Under the pieces are notes generated by a model that saw only the letters and a program-made list of their open reading frames with translations, ran no database searches and had not been told where the DNA came from. A stretch of 64,000 bases of DNA, from the NCBI GenBank assembly GCA_964452525.1, contig CAYVLZ010000002.1, positions 2,392 through 66,391 of the forward strand. The letters run 5' to 3'. The translations under genes and the position numbers were made by a program. Of the stretch, positions 8,667-16,283 are shown in pieces. This DNA comes from Candidatus Woesearchaeota archaeon. Its GTDB lineage: Archaea; Nanobdellota; Nanobdellia; SCGC-AAA011-G17; CAYFGV01. Position 1 is the first letter of the stretch; the number at the start of each line of letters is the position of its first letter.

Positions 8667-9905
8667 ATGGCAGAAGAAGATATTTATGGAAACAAGAGAA
8701 AGTATGAAAATTTCGTTAATAATTTAGATAGAGTGTTGAAGAAATCAAAATATGGGAAGTATCATTGTAAGAATAAAGAGAACTTAAAGTACTTTAAAAA
8801 ACTGGTGAGGAGATTTGAGGTTGATGATATAAGCTACATTAGAAGGAATGTCTTGTTAGCAAGAATGAAGTTCTTGACTTATCTTGTTGACTGTGATTTG
8901 AAGGACATCAATGGTGTTGAGAAAGAAGATGTAGTAATACAGATGAGAAAAAACTACTCTCCAAGCGATTTAAGAAGAGTGGCTGTTGATATCAGAAAAA
9001 TTGGAAAATCAATCTTTGAAGAAGATGAGATGCCTGATTTCTTCAAGAGTTTGAAGATGATGGTGGACAGGTCAAGACAGAAGGCAAAAAAAGACAAACT
9101 GACTTATGAAGAGTTTGATAGTATAATGAAATATTTCTCTGTGGTGAATAATAGCAATATTGTCATGAAAGCATACTTGTCATTGGCTTTTGAAAGCTTA
9201 GCAAGACCACAGGAGTTATGTTATACTAAGATTGAGGATGTAGAGTTGCATGATAACTATGCTATTGTGAATGTAAGTGAGCATGGAAAAGAAGGGATCA
9301 AGCAATTATTGTGCATTGATTCTTTCCCTTATCTAATGCAGATGTACAACCAGCATCCTTACAGAGAAAACAAACAAGCATTTCTGTTCTTGAATACATA
9401 CAACAATCAGCTAACACCCTATGCTATAAACAAGAAACTGAAAGTGTGTTGTGAGAAATTAGGAATCGACAAACCAATAACTTGTTACAGCATTAAGAGA
9501 TTCGGAGTTACATTTCGAAGATTAAAAGGAGATGATGATGTAACCATTCAGAAGATTGCTGGATGGAGCTCTACAAAGCAAATAAGAACCTATGACCAAT
9601 CAGACCAAAAAGACATCTTTGTTGCAGAGTTAGCTAAAAGAGGGCTAATCAAAAATAAGAAACTAATACAGAGATATGCACCAAAGACCAAACCTTGCGA
9701 GTATTGTGGTGAATTAGTTGGCTTTGCAGAATCTATCTGTCCGAAGTGTAGCAACCTTATGGATAAAAGCATAATCAAGGAAAGGGCTAAGAAAGATGAT
9801 GAGATGATGAGAGAAGATATGAATGTATTGATGGCATTACTAAATATTCTTAATGGTAATTTTCTTCATTTCATTTTTCTAATAAACAAATTCTATTTTA
9901 TTTAA
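8667..9905 (+). CDS. Tyrosine recombinase / phage-type integrase with C-terminal zinc ribbon
   Basis: SLAFESLARPQEL (catalytic Arg box), ...YSIKRFGVTFRRL..., IAGWSSTKQIRTYDQ (W...Y). CEYCGELVGFAESICPKC is a zinc ribbon. The SD ggaggt lies upstream. Confidence 0.8.
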   Translation: MAEEDIYGNKRKYENFVNNLDRVLKKSKYGKYHCKNKENLKYFKKLVRRFEVDDISYIRRNVLLARMKFLTYLVDCDLKDINGVEKEDVVIQMRKNYSPSDLRRVAVDIRKIGKSIFEEDEMPDFFKSLKMMVDRSRQKAKKDKLTYEEFDSIMKYFSVVNNSNIVMKAYLSLAFESLARPQELCYTKIEDVELHDNYAIVNVSEHGKEGIKQLLCIDSFPYLMQMYNQHPYRENKQAFLFLNTYNNQLTPYAINKKLKVCCEKLGIDKPITCYSIKRFGVTFRRLKGDDDVTIQKIAGWSSTKQIRTYDQSDQKDIFVAELAKRGLIKNKKLIQRYAPKTKPCEYCGELVGFAESICPKCSNLMDKSIIKERAKKDDEMMREDMNVLMALLNILNGNFLHFIFLINKFYFI

Positions 9906-9955
9906 TAATTTCCGCTTTTAATAACTTTTAAATATTGTAAAATAAAAATTTTTTT

Positions 9956-10354
9956 ATGAAAAAGAGGTGTGTTGTCTGTGGAAAGCCTATAAGGACTGGT
10001 TGGAAGTATTGTTACAAACACAGGCATGCTAGGGAAAGAAAACTTCAGATAGATGCAAGGCATTTAAGAAAATTTATACCACCCAGTATTATGCCCCTTG
10101 TTTTATTAGTTGTTGGTGTTTCTTTATTATTTTCTGAAGTATTAAGGATTGTTGGAGTGCTTCTTATTCTTGGTATATTGATACTATTTTTTGTTAGGTA
10201 TAATAAAAAACCAGCCAGTGAAATAATGAAGCATAGAACGGATTTAACAAGAGAACAAAAAAAGAAAGAACTAATAAAACTCAAATTAATATTACTTCTT
10301 ATTGGAGTAATTGGTTTTATAATTTTATATCTTATATCGAAAGTTACTTCATAA
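9956..10354 (+). CDS. Zinc-ribbon N-terminus plus multi-TM membrane protein (element-borne)
   Basis: CVVCGKPIRTGWKYCYKH, followed by 2-3 hydrophobic segments. Confidence 0.5.
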   Translation: MKKRCVVCGKPIRTGWKYCYKHRHARERKLQIDARHLRKFIPPSIMPLVLLVVGVSLLFSEVLRIVGVLLILGILILFFVRYNKKPASEIMKHRTDLTREQKKKELIKLKLILLLIGVIGFIILYLISKVTS

Positions 10355-10496
10355 ATAATCTGTATTTTTTAATCCTAATTTGAAGTATCAAAATAATATT
10401 AAATTTTCCAAAATAACCTAAGCTTTTATTGAAACAATAGTCATGATTATTATTGCTTACGCGTTTTTTTCTACAGTCCCTACCTAGCTTCATTTT

Positions 10497-10919
10497 CTAA
10501 AACTTTATTCTCGGAATTCCAACAAAAGGACCATAATTTTTTCTTGTCTTCTTCTTACTTTTAGCTTTTTTCTTTCTTTTTCTTTTGATATCAGCCCTTT
10601 TCTGTATAGTTTCGTACCTTACAAATCCTAATCTATCAGTTCTTCTTCTTTTAGTCACAACTGTTACTTCCCTATGACAGTTTGGGCATAAAACCCAACA
10701 ATTGTGTAAGCCATTATTCGAAGGACTTTCTCTATGATCAAATTCAACAACATAACCAAGTTTTTTGTGAATAGTCTTTCTTAGTTTGTCTCCACACTTT
10801 TCACATTTATATCTAGCTCTTCGTAACGCTTGTCTTTTCGTAGAAATCTTGAAAGCTTTTCTTTTGCTTATCTTTCTACCATACATGTCGTGTGTCGGTT
10901 TTGGGAATAATGGTCTCAT
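10497..10919 (-). CDS. HNH endonuclease with Lys/Arg-rich C-terminus
   Basis: CEKCGDKL...EFDHRESPSNNGLHNCWVLCPNCH is an HNH/CxxC...CxxCH signature. Confidence 0.75.
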   Translation of the reverse strand: MRPLFPKPTHDMYGRKISKRKAFKISTKRQALRRARYKCEKCGDKLRKTIHKKLGYVVEFDHRESPSNNGLHNCWVLCPNCHREVTVVTKRRRTDRLGFVRYETIQKRADIKRKRKKKAKSKKKTRKNYGPFVGIPRIKF

Positions 10920-11368
10920 TTTTCAATTTTCTTCTTTCTTATATGCTTTAATATTTTATCTGAACCAATTCTCCATTCCCTTTCTATCTTCTCTTTTGTC
11001 GGTGTAAAATCATTAAATTCGAATAATCCATATTCTTCCTTAATCATGTTTATGCCTCTAACGAGTTTCTTTATGTCTTTTTCATAATCTTTTTGTTCAG
11101 CTTCATCTGATCGACTTCCAGACCATAGCATCCCAATACCATGTATTTCGTGTAATATCTCTTTATAATTGGGATATGTGCGTCTTACAATCATGTCGAT
11201 TAATTGGTAAAGCTCATTATATCTTTCTCTACCTTCATCGTAACGCAGATTTAATAGATGGTTTAATTCTCCTTCAATCTCGTTCAGTCTTTGCATTATC
11301 TTTTCATAATCTTGCTTTTTCCTCATTTTAAGCGAACAAGAAACTGGAGAGACTTTTTGAAAAGTCAC
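10916..11368 (-). CDS. Hypothetical protein (element-borne)
   Basis: Its stop overlaps the HNH start by 4 nt. The true start may be the internal Met (MRKKQDYEK...). No family recognised. Confidence 0.5.
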   Translation of the reverse strand: MTFQKVSPVSCSLKMRKKQDYEKIMQRLNEIEGELNHLLNLRYDEGRERYNELYQLIDMIVRRTYPNYKEILHEIHGIGMLWSGSRSDEAEQKDYEKDIKKLVRGINMIKEEYGLFEFNDFTPTKEKIEREWRIGSDKILKHIRKKKIEK

Positions 11369-11401
11369 TCAGGATTTATTTAAGGTTTCTTTGTTCTTTA
11401 C

Positions 11402-12067
11402 TCATTCTTTTATGAAATCTTCTCGTGTTTTTCCAGCCTTTTTTAATTCTCTGTCTATTATTCTATTAACACTATTTAACCATTTAACATTAAATGATCC
11501 TACTTTTTCCTTTTCAAGTCTTGAAACCATATCAAAAACATTTTCTACAAAAAACTTTTCTTCTAATTGCATATCTCTAATTGCTTCTTTAATCCGATCT
11601 TCCATTAAATATTGCATAAAAAACAAACCTTCAAATCTTGTAGTAATAGGCCTACCTTTTTTATCAAACCCCATTTCATTTAGAGATACCCCTGGAGTTT
11701 CTTCAAATTCAACTATTGCAGTCCCAGCTTTTTGATCCAATTGAGACCTAATCGGATGAGATTTTGGCGTCTTTAAACTGATTCCTAGTTCTCTACGGAG
11801 TTCCCTTTCAATCTTATAAATGAATGGACAATTAGAAAGGAATTCTTTTGAAGAATATTTTGGAAAAGATACTAAATTCTCATATACCCCATCACTTATT
11901 TTTTTAACTTTAATTTTAAAATCTAGTTGTGCAATCTTATTAAGTATTTGTTTAAGGAAAACCGATAACCATTTTGGTTTATCTTTAATCTTTTTTAAGA
12001 TAGGATTTTCGCTATCAAAATTATATTCAATTTTATACCATCCCTTTATCCAACGTTTATCTTTCAT
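11402..12067 (-). CDS. Hypothetical protein (element-borne)
   Basis: 221-aa ORF whose start overlaps the stop of the upstream AbrB-like ORF (ATGA). No family recognised. Confidence 0.55.
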   Translation of the reverse strand: MKDKRWIKGWYKIEYNFDSENPILKKIKDKPKWLSVFLKQILNKIAQLDFKIKVKKISDGVYENLVSFPKYSSKEFLSNCPFIYKIERELRRELGISLKTPKSHPIRSQLDQKAGTAIVEFEETPGVSLNEMGFDKKGRPITTRFEGLFFMQYLMEDRIKEAIRDMQLEEKFFVENVFDMVSRLEKEKVGSFNVKWLNSVNRIIDRELKKAGKTREDFIKE

Positions 12068-12204
12068 TTCTTCCTCAGCACCAGATTCCCCTTAGCATCT
12101 ATTTCAATATCAATCACATCTCCTTTCTTCCACTGCTTTGCATTAATTATCTGCAAAGGCATGTTCAAGAAGTATTGTCCATTCTTTTGCCTTTGAAGTT
12201 TCAT
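12064..12204 (-). CDS. AbrB/SpoVT-type (looped-hinge helix) DNA-binding protein, 46 aa, absent from ORF track
   Basis: Manual translation: MKLQRQKNGQYFLNMPLQIINAKQWKKGDVIDIEIDAKGNLVLRKK. It shows the typical AbrB/MazE pattern (..h.lP..h.....hk.GD.v.h.....g.lvL.k). ATGA overlaps occur at both ends (12201-12204 and 12064-12067). Confidence 0.6.
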   Translation of the reverse strand: MKLQRQKNGQYFLNMPLQIINAKQWKKGDVIDIEIDAKGNLVLRKK

Positions 12205-12626
12205 TTTCTTTTTGCTAAATCTCTTTTAATCACAAAACGAATTACCAATGTAAGTATTAAAAACCAAATCAAATATGAAAGACTATAACTAAAAAGTGCA
12301 ATCATTATTCCAATTATAATAACATTTATCAAGAACAGACTCTCCCATCCCTTTCTATATTTCTTCTCCTTTATTTTAATAACAAGATTTATGAATAAGA
12401 ACGGAAAGATTATCCAAAATACAATTCCTGTTATCCAAAGAGTAGGGTTGATAAAAAATAGGTGGCTCTCGGGTTCTGAACTTATAAGGAATTTAAGATA
12501 TCTCGATAAAGCATAGATTACTACAATACCATAGATTACTCCTACCTTACTCCCCCAATGTTTAAAACTAAAAAATTTACTTTCACCATCAAACCCAAAA
12601 GTTAAGAAATCAAAGACTTTCCCCAT
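12201..12626 (-). CDS. Multi-TM membrane protein (element-borne)
   Basis: ATG at 12626 (MGKVFDFL...). The track start at 12716 is a GTG that would read through the att repeat. Four or more hydrophobic segments. Confidence 0.5.
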   Translation of the reverse strand: MGKVFDFLTFGFDGESKFFSFKHWGSKVGVIYGIVVIYALSRYLKFLISSEPESHLFFINPTLWITGIVFWIIFPFLFINLVIKIKEKKYRKGWESLFLINVIIIGIMIALFSYSLSYLIWFLILTLVIRFVIKRDLAKRK

Positions 12627-12702
12627 AATAGTGGAGAGAATAGTAATATTTATATAGTTTAGGGTACTACTAATTATAGCACCAGAGAAAGTAAGAATTC
12701 TG

Positions 12703-12715
12703 CTCGGCTGGCGCA
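12703..12715 (+). repeat. attR candidate
   Basis: ctcggctggcgca, identical to the tRNA-Gly 3' end. The upstream gtaagaat resembles the T-loop gttcgaat. Confidence 0.65.
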
Positions 12716-12723
12716 CTTATCAA

Positions 12724-12945
12724 ATGAAAACCTTAAATATAAAAGTAATCCCGAACTCAAAGAAAAGTTCTATTTCTAGAGAAAACAACGAATTAAAGAT
12801 ACACCTAACAGCTCCGGCAGTAGAGGGCAAAGCAAACAAAGCTTTAATTGAATTTTTAGCAAATCATTTTAAAACTAAAAAATCAAAAATTAGAATAATA
12901 AAGGGAGAAAAATCTAGAAATAAAGTCATCCAAATTTCTTCTTAA
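12724..12945 (+). CDS. DUF167 (YggU) family protein
   Basis: IKVIPNSKKSSI...LKIHLTAPAVEGKANKALIEFLANHF...IRIIKGEKSRNKVIQI fits the YggU pattern. Confidence 0.75.
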   Translation: MKTLNIKVIPNSKKSSISRENNELKIHLTAPAVEGKANKALIEFLANHFKTKKSKIRIIKGEKSRNKVIQISS

Positions 12946-13522
12946 GCCAAAAACCAACACCCAACAAAACAGCACTTTCTAAAAATATTACTAAAAATAT
13001 CTTTTTAGCTATATTCAAAAAGAAACTGAAAGGAAACATCTGTATCAGTAAAGAATTTTCATCTAGAAGCCAATTGTCTCCCCTGAAGAAAATCTTATGG
13101 AAGTTTAAAAACAAAACATCAAAATTAACTAAGGTAAATATAAACAATATTAAAGATAAGACTAAAGTCAAAAAAGACCCATAAATTATAGCTTTCCCTA
13201 TATCTTGCTTAGACCCATAACTAAGTATAAATAAAGAACATATCAATAACATCAAAGAAACCAACATGGCTCCAGCAGAATTAGACACTAAAACTCTAAC
13301 TTCTTCAAGATGAATAACTTCTTTTTCACTAAAACTATCTAAATCCTCACCACCATTAAAGAAGTTATCTAACTCCTCATAATTCTTAATCTCATTAAAG
13401 AATGCAAAATTAAAACTAGAAGTAAATATAAATATTGGAAGTAAAATAATGATAATAAAAACAAATACCTTATAATTTCTTAGCAATTTCTTCTCCGAAT
13501 TGTCTAGCAGCTTTAGGACCAT
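12926..13522 (-). CDS. Integral membrane protein, DUF1461/TIGR01906-like
   Basis: NFHKIFFRGDNWLLDENSLLIQMFPFSFF plus four TM segments. The start is uncertain because the ORF overlaps the DJ-1 gene by 53 nt. Confidence 0.5.
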   Translation of the reverse strand: MVLKLLDNSEKKLLRNYKVFVFIIIILLPIFIFTSSFNFAFFNEIKNYEELDNFFNGGEDLDSFSEKEVIHLEEVRVLVSNSAGAMLVSLMLLICSLFILSYGSKQDIGKAIIYGSFLTLVLSLILFIFTLVNFDVLFLNFHKIFFRGDNWLLDENSLLIQMFPFSFFLNIAKKIFLVIFLESAVLLGVGFWLKKKFG

Positions 13523-13979
13523 TTGCAGTTATTATATTTCCATCTACAGTTACATCTTCTCCGGTATATTTAGCTCCCCTACTTTCCAAATTACCTCTCT
13601 CACTAGGAAATGAAGTCACATTCTTTCCAGAAAGCAAACCAGCATTTGCCAAAGTAGAAGGGGCAATACATATTGCAGCAACTATCTTTCCCCCATTATT
13701 AAAATTTTTAGCCAATTCATGAGCTTTACCATTATTAAAATAAATACTACTTCCCACACCACCAACAAAAATTACAGCGTCATACTCTCCTTTAACATCA
13801 TCTAATAAAACATCTATTTTTTGTCTTTTCCCAGAAGAACTTATAGCCTCGTCATTTAAGCTACAAGTAGTAATCTTAGCATCATAACCTTCTAAAATAT
13901 CTTTAGGTTCATAATACTCTTCATCCCTAAATTGACTAGGTGCTATTACCATTAAAATTTTCTTACCTGACAAATCCAT
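13470..13979 (-). CDS. DJ-1/PfpI family protein
   Basis: KILMVIAP..FRDEEY...AVIFVGG...VAAICIAPSTLANAGLL, including the nucleophile-elbow Cys. Confidence 0.85.
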   Translation of the reverse strand: MDLSGKKILMVIAPSQFRDEEYYEPKDILEGYDAKITTCSLNDEAISSSGKRQKIDVLLDDVKGEYDAVIFVGGVGSSIYFNNGKAHELAKNFNNGGKIVAAICIAPSTLANAGLLSGKNVTSFPSERGNLESRGAKYTGEDVTVDGNIITANGPKAARQFGEEIAKKL

Positions 13980-13988
13980 TTTAATTAT

Positions 13989-14105
13989 CTAAAATAAATA
14001 TAAAACAACTAATATCATCACTAAAAGAGCAATTACGATCATTAAATATTCATGCTCACAGATGTCTTTTTTCTTACATTTTTTAATTCCACATAACTTT
14101 GCCAT
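13989..14105 (-). CDS. Candidate 38-aa Cys/His-rich tail-anchored microprotein
   Basis: Manual translation: MAKLCGIKKCKKKDICEHEYLMIVIALLVMILVVLYLF. It starts 1 nt after the stop of the ZIP-like gene and ends 9 nt before the DJ-1 start. It falls below the ORF-track cutoff. Confidence 0.3.
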   Translation of the reverse strand: MAKLCGIKKCKKKDICEHEYLMIVIALLVMILVVLYLF

Positions 14106-14106
14106 T

Positions 14107-14787
14107 TTAAACACTCATTAACAAAGGTATCAATCCAATCAACACCCCGATAAGGAAAAATGTTGTTTTTTCATGTTTTTCTTCTATAGGAATTATATCT
14201 TTTACTACTATATAAAATAATATGCCAACCGCATAACTAAGGCCCCCGTAGTAATGGGCCATATTTATTTTTATTGAAGAAGCTACTAAAGCTCCTATAA
14301 GTGTAGAAAATGCTAATACTGTCTTTAAAATCTTTGATCTAGCTACAGTATCTATTACCTCTAGAGATATAGAAGACGAAATAGTCAATAACAAGAAAGG
14401 TAGGAAAAGAATCAAACCTTCTAAAAGATTAGTAGTTAATAAAACTAAACTAAAACCCAAAACAAAGTGTTCAAGAAAGAAACCAAAATAATGTAGTCTA
14501 GTTATCTCTCTAAAAAGTTTAGCTTTGTTCTCTATATGCTGATAAGCGTATTTTTCAACTAGATGGAAAGAGATGAATCCAAGCAAAACAATCAAATATA
14601 ATCTATCACTAAAAATCCTTACACCGTCGTTTAATCGGGGAATCAATTCAGTAATAATCAAGGTTATTAATATGCCGGCGCTTAAACTTAATACATACTT
14701 AGAATAGTGTTTTGTAAATCTTGAAAAACGATTATTAAACAAATGCAATATACTCAATATCAATGCTAGTAATATTGGCAGTATCAT
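14107..14787 (-). CDS. ZIP-family-like metal transporter
   Basis: About 7 TM segments. FFLEHFVLGFSL and VVKDIIPIEE resemble the ZIP HxxxEG / LPE segments. The match is weak. Confidence 0.45.
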   Translation of the reverse strand: MILPILLALILSILHLFNNRFSRFTKHYSKYVLSLSAGILITLIITELIPRLNDGVRIFSDRLYLIVLLGFISFHLVEKYAYQHIENKAKLFREITRLHYFGFFLEHFVLGFSLVLLTTNLLEGLILFLPFLLLTISSSISLEVIDTVARSKILKTVLAFSTLIGALVASSIKINMAHYYGGLSYAVGILFYIVVKDIIPIEEKHEKTTFFLIGVLIGLIPLLMSV

Positions 14788-15221
14788 TTTATAAACATTT
14801 TAACAAAAAAACCGATTATTCTGTACCACAAACTGGGCTCTTCAACTAACTCTACCTCAAGAGCATTTTCAACAACATTCAAAAACACATGTCCCTTAAA
14901 AGAATCGGATTTCACTTCAACATCTTTAAACAAATCCACCATATCAGTGCTATTTGTTAAACCCCTAAAAACTTCTTCTTCTGCTCTAATCTCGACATCA
15001 TAATCATAAGACTCTACTATGTATCTCCCTTCGTCAGTTATTTCTAAGGTAAAATTTTCTCCTGTATCAGTAACTAAAACATGTATAGCAAAAGGCAGAG
15101 CTCTATTAATCTCTTCAGGAACTTCTATTCGATCTTTATATTTCTCAGCATCTTCTCTTACACCGGCCTCAACTAAATTAAACGTCAATAAGAATATTAG
15201 TAAAAACACCAATTTTTTCAT
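14784..15221 (-). CDS. Secreted hypothetical protein
   Basis: Signal peptide MKKLVFLLIFLLTFNLVEA. 4-nt overlap with the downstream ZIP-like gene. Confidence 0.5.
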   Translation of the reverse strand: MKKLVFLLIFLLTFNLVEAGVREDAEKYKDRIEVPEEINRALPFAIHVLVTDTGENFTLEITDEGRYIVESYDYDVEIRAEEEVFRGLTNSTDMVDLFKDVEVKSDSFKGHVFLNVVENALEVELVEEPSLWYRIIGFFVKMFIK

Positions 15222-15299
15222 AATAGCTATCTTTTAATTCCTATTTTATAAGTTTTTCTCTAATAAGAGTATTACCTTCCAATAGTTAAAATAAAAACC

Positions 15300-15307
15300 T
15301 TTATAAA
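15300..15307 (+). promoter_or_regulatory. TATA box (aaaaccTTTATAAA) for 15332 CDS
   Basis: Lies 32 nt upstream of the ATG. Confidence 0.45.
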
Positions 15308-15331
15308 CCACCAAAAATCGACTAAAATAAA

Positions 15332-15529
15332 ATGAATTCAGAATCTTTTGAAGATGGGATAATAAGGGAACTTAGCTTTCTTTCAGATGGAGAAATAAAT
15401 GGAAAACCCGTTCTAGACGATGAAACCGTTTCATATGTTTTAGAAGCAGAATACTTATGCGGTAGATTAGATAGAAAAAGGTACGGGATTATATTAGACT
15501 CTATAATTAAAAAAGAGGAATTTATTTAA
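15332..15529 (+). CDS. Hypothetical small protein
   Basis: 65-aa ORF with a correctly spaced TATA box. No family recognised. Confidence 0.4.
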   Translation: MNSESFEDGIIRELSFLSDGEINGKPVLDDETVSYVLEAEYLCGRLDRKRYGIILDSIIKKEEFI

Positions 15530-15917
15530 TTTGGATTACAATTTTTCTCTTTCTTGGCCCATCCAGATCAATTAAACATATACTTTGCCAGGTACCTAGT
15601 TGCATCTCTCCTTTTTGGATAGGAATCATCTCACTTGGTCCTAAGATGGCTGCCTTAATGTGGGCAGCACCATTATTATCTACTTTATCGTGCAACCATT
15701 TACCTTCTGGTATCAAATTATTTAAAGCATCTATTATATCTTTCCCTATGTTGGGATCATAATTTTCATTTATTATTATAGCTGCAGTAGCATGCATAAC
15801 ATAAATTATAACAGAACCTTCTTTAATCTTAGATTCTTTAATTACTTCTCTCACTTTATCAGTGATATCTATAACTTGATATTTGTTATCATTATTTACA
15901 ACCACTTCTTTAATCAT
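15522..15917 (-). CDS. YjbQ/UPF0047 family (secondary thiamine-phosphate synthase-like)
   Basis: DITDKV...GSVIIYVMHATAAIIINENYDPN...NGAAHIKAAILGPS..IPI..G.MQLGTWQSI.LIDLDGPRKRKI. Confidence 0.85.
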   Translation of the reverse strand: MIKEVVVNNDNKYQVIDITDKVREVIKESKIKEGSVIIYVMHATAAIIINENYDPNIGKDIIDALNNLIPEGKWLHDKVDNNGAAHIKAAILGPSEMIPIQKGEMQLGTWQSICLIDLDGPRKRKIVIQIK

Positions 15918-15995
15918 ATTTTAGAGATTTAAAACTAATTTATAATGGTTTTGGATTACCATAAAACTTAAATATAGATATTCTTAAAAAACCAT

Positions 15996-16283
15996 GTGGA
16001 AATTGATAAAAAATTGGAAGCACATTTCAAAATAACACAAGAAGCGCTAAAAGAAGTCAAAATAAAAATACCCAAAAAGGTTAATCTAAAAGAGGTGGCA
16101 ACGGATCTTCTAGATTTAGCCAAAAGGTATTACAAAGACGCTAAATACTTTAAGGAAAAAGGAAAAATTGTTGAAGCTTTCACGGCTCTTAACTACAGTC
16201 ACGCTTTCCTTGATGTCGGAGCAAGATTAAAAATCTTCGATGTCCACGATTCAAGATTATTCATGGTAGATGAAGATGAATAA
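15996..16283 (+). CDS. DUF357 family protein
   Basis: YYKDAKYFKEKGKIVEAFTALNYSHAFLDVGARLKIFDV fits the archaeal DUF357 pattern. GTG start. Confidence 0.6.
   Translation: MEIDKKLEAHFKITQEALKEVKIKIPKKVNLKEVATDLLDLAKRYYKDAKYFKEKGKIVEAFTALNYSHAFLDVGARLKIFDVHDSRLFMVDEDE

Larger units (their letters stand above)
8589..12715. mobile_element. Integrated element (~4.1 kb) in the 3' end of tRNA-Gly: tyrosine integrase plus 6 small genes
   Basis: The exact 13-bp direct repeat ctcggctggcgca occurs at 8589..8601 (tRNA 3' end) and 12703..12715. The integrase gene sits immediately next to the tRNA. HNH and AbrB-type genes lie inside. Confidence 0.7.

Noticed and set aside
11391-12095. Plus-strand ORFs 11391..11735 and 11820..12095 inside the integrated element
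   Set aside because: They are antisense to the tightly overlapped minus-strand operon. The products are low-complexity and Ser/Phe/Leu-rich. The minus-strand ORFs have start/stop coupling that supports them instead.
12627-12716. N-terminal 30-aa extension of the membrane-protein ORF reading through the attR repeat
   Set aside because: The extension starts at a GTG and encodes the reverse complement of tRNA-like sequence. The ATG at 12626 gives a sensible membrane-protein N-terminus.
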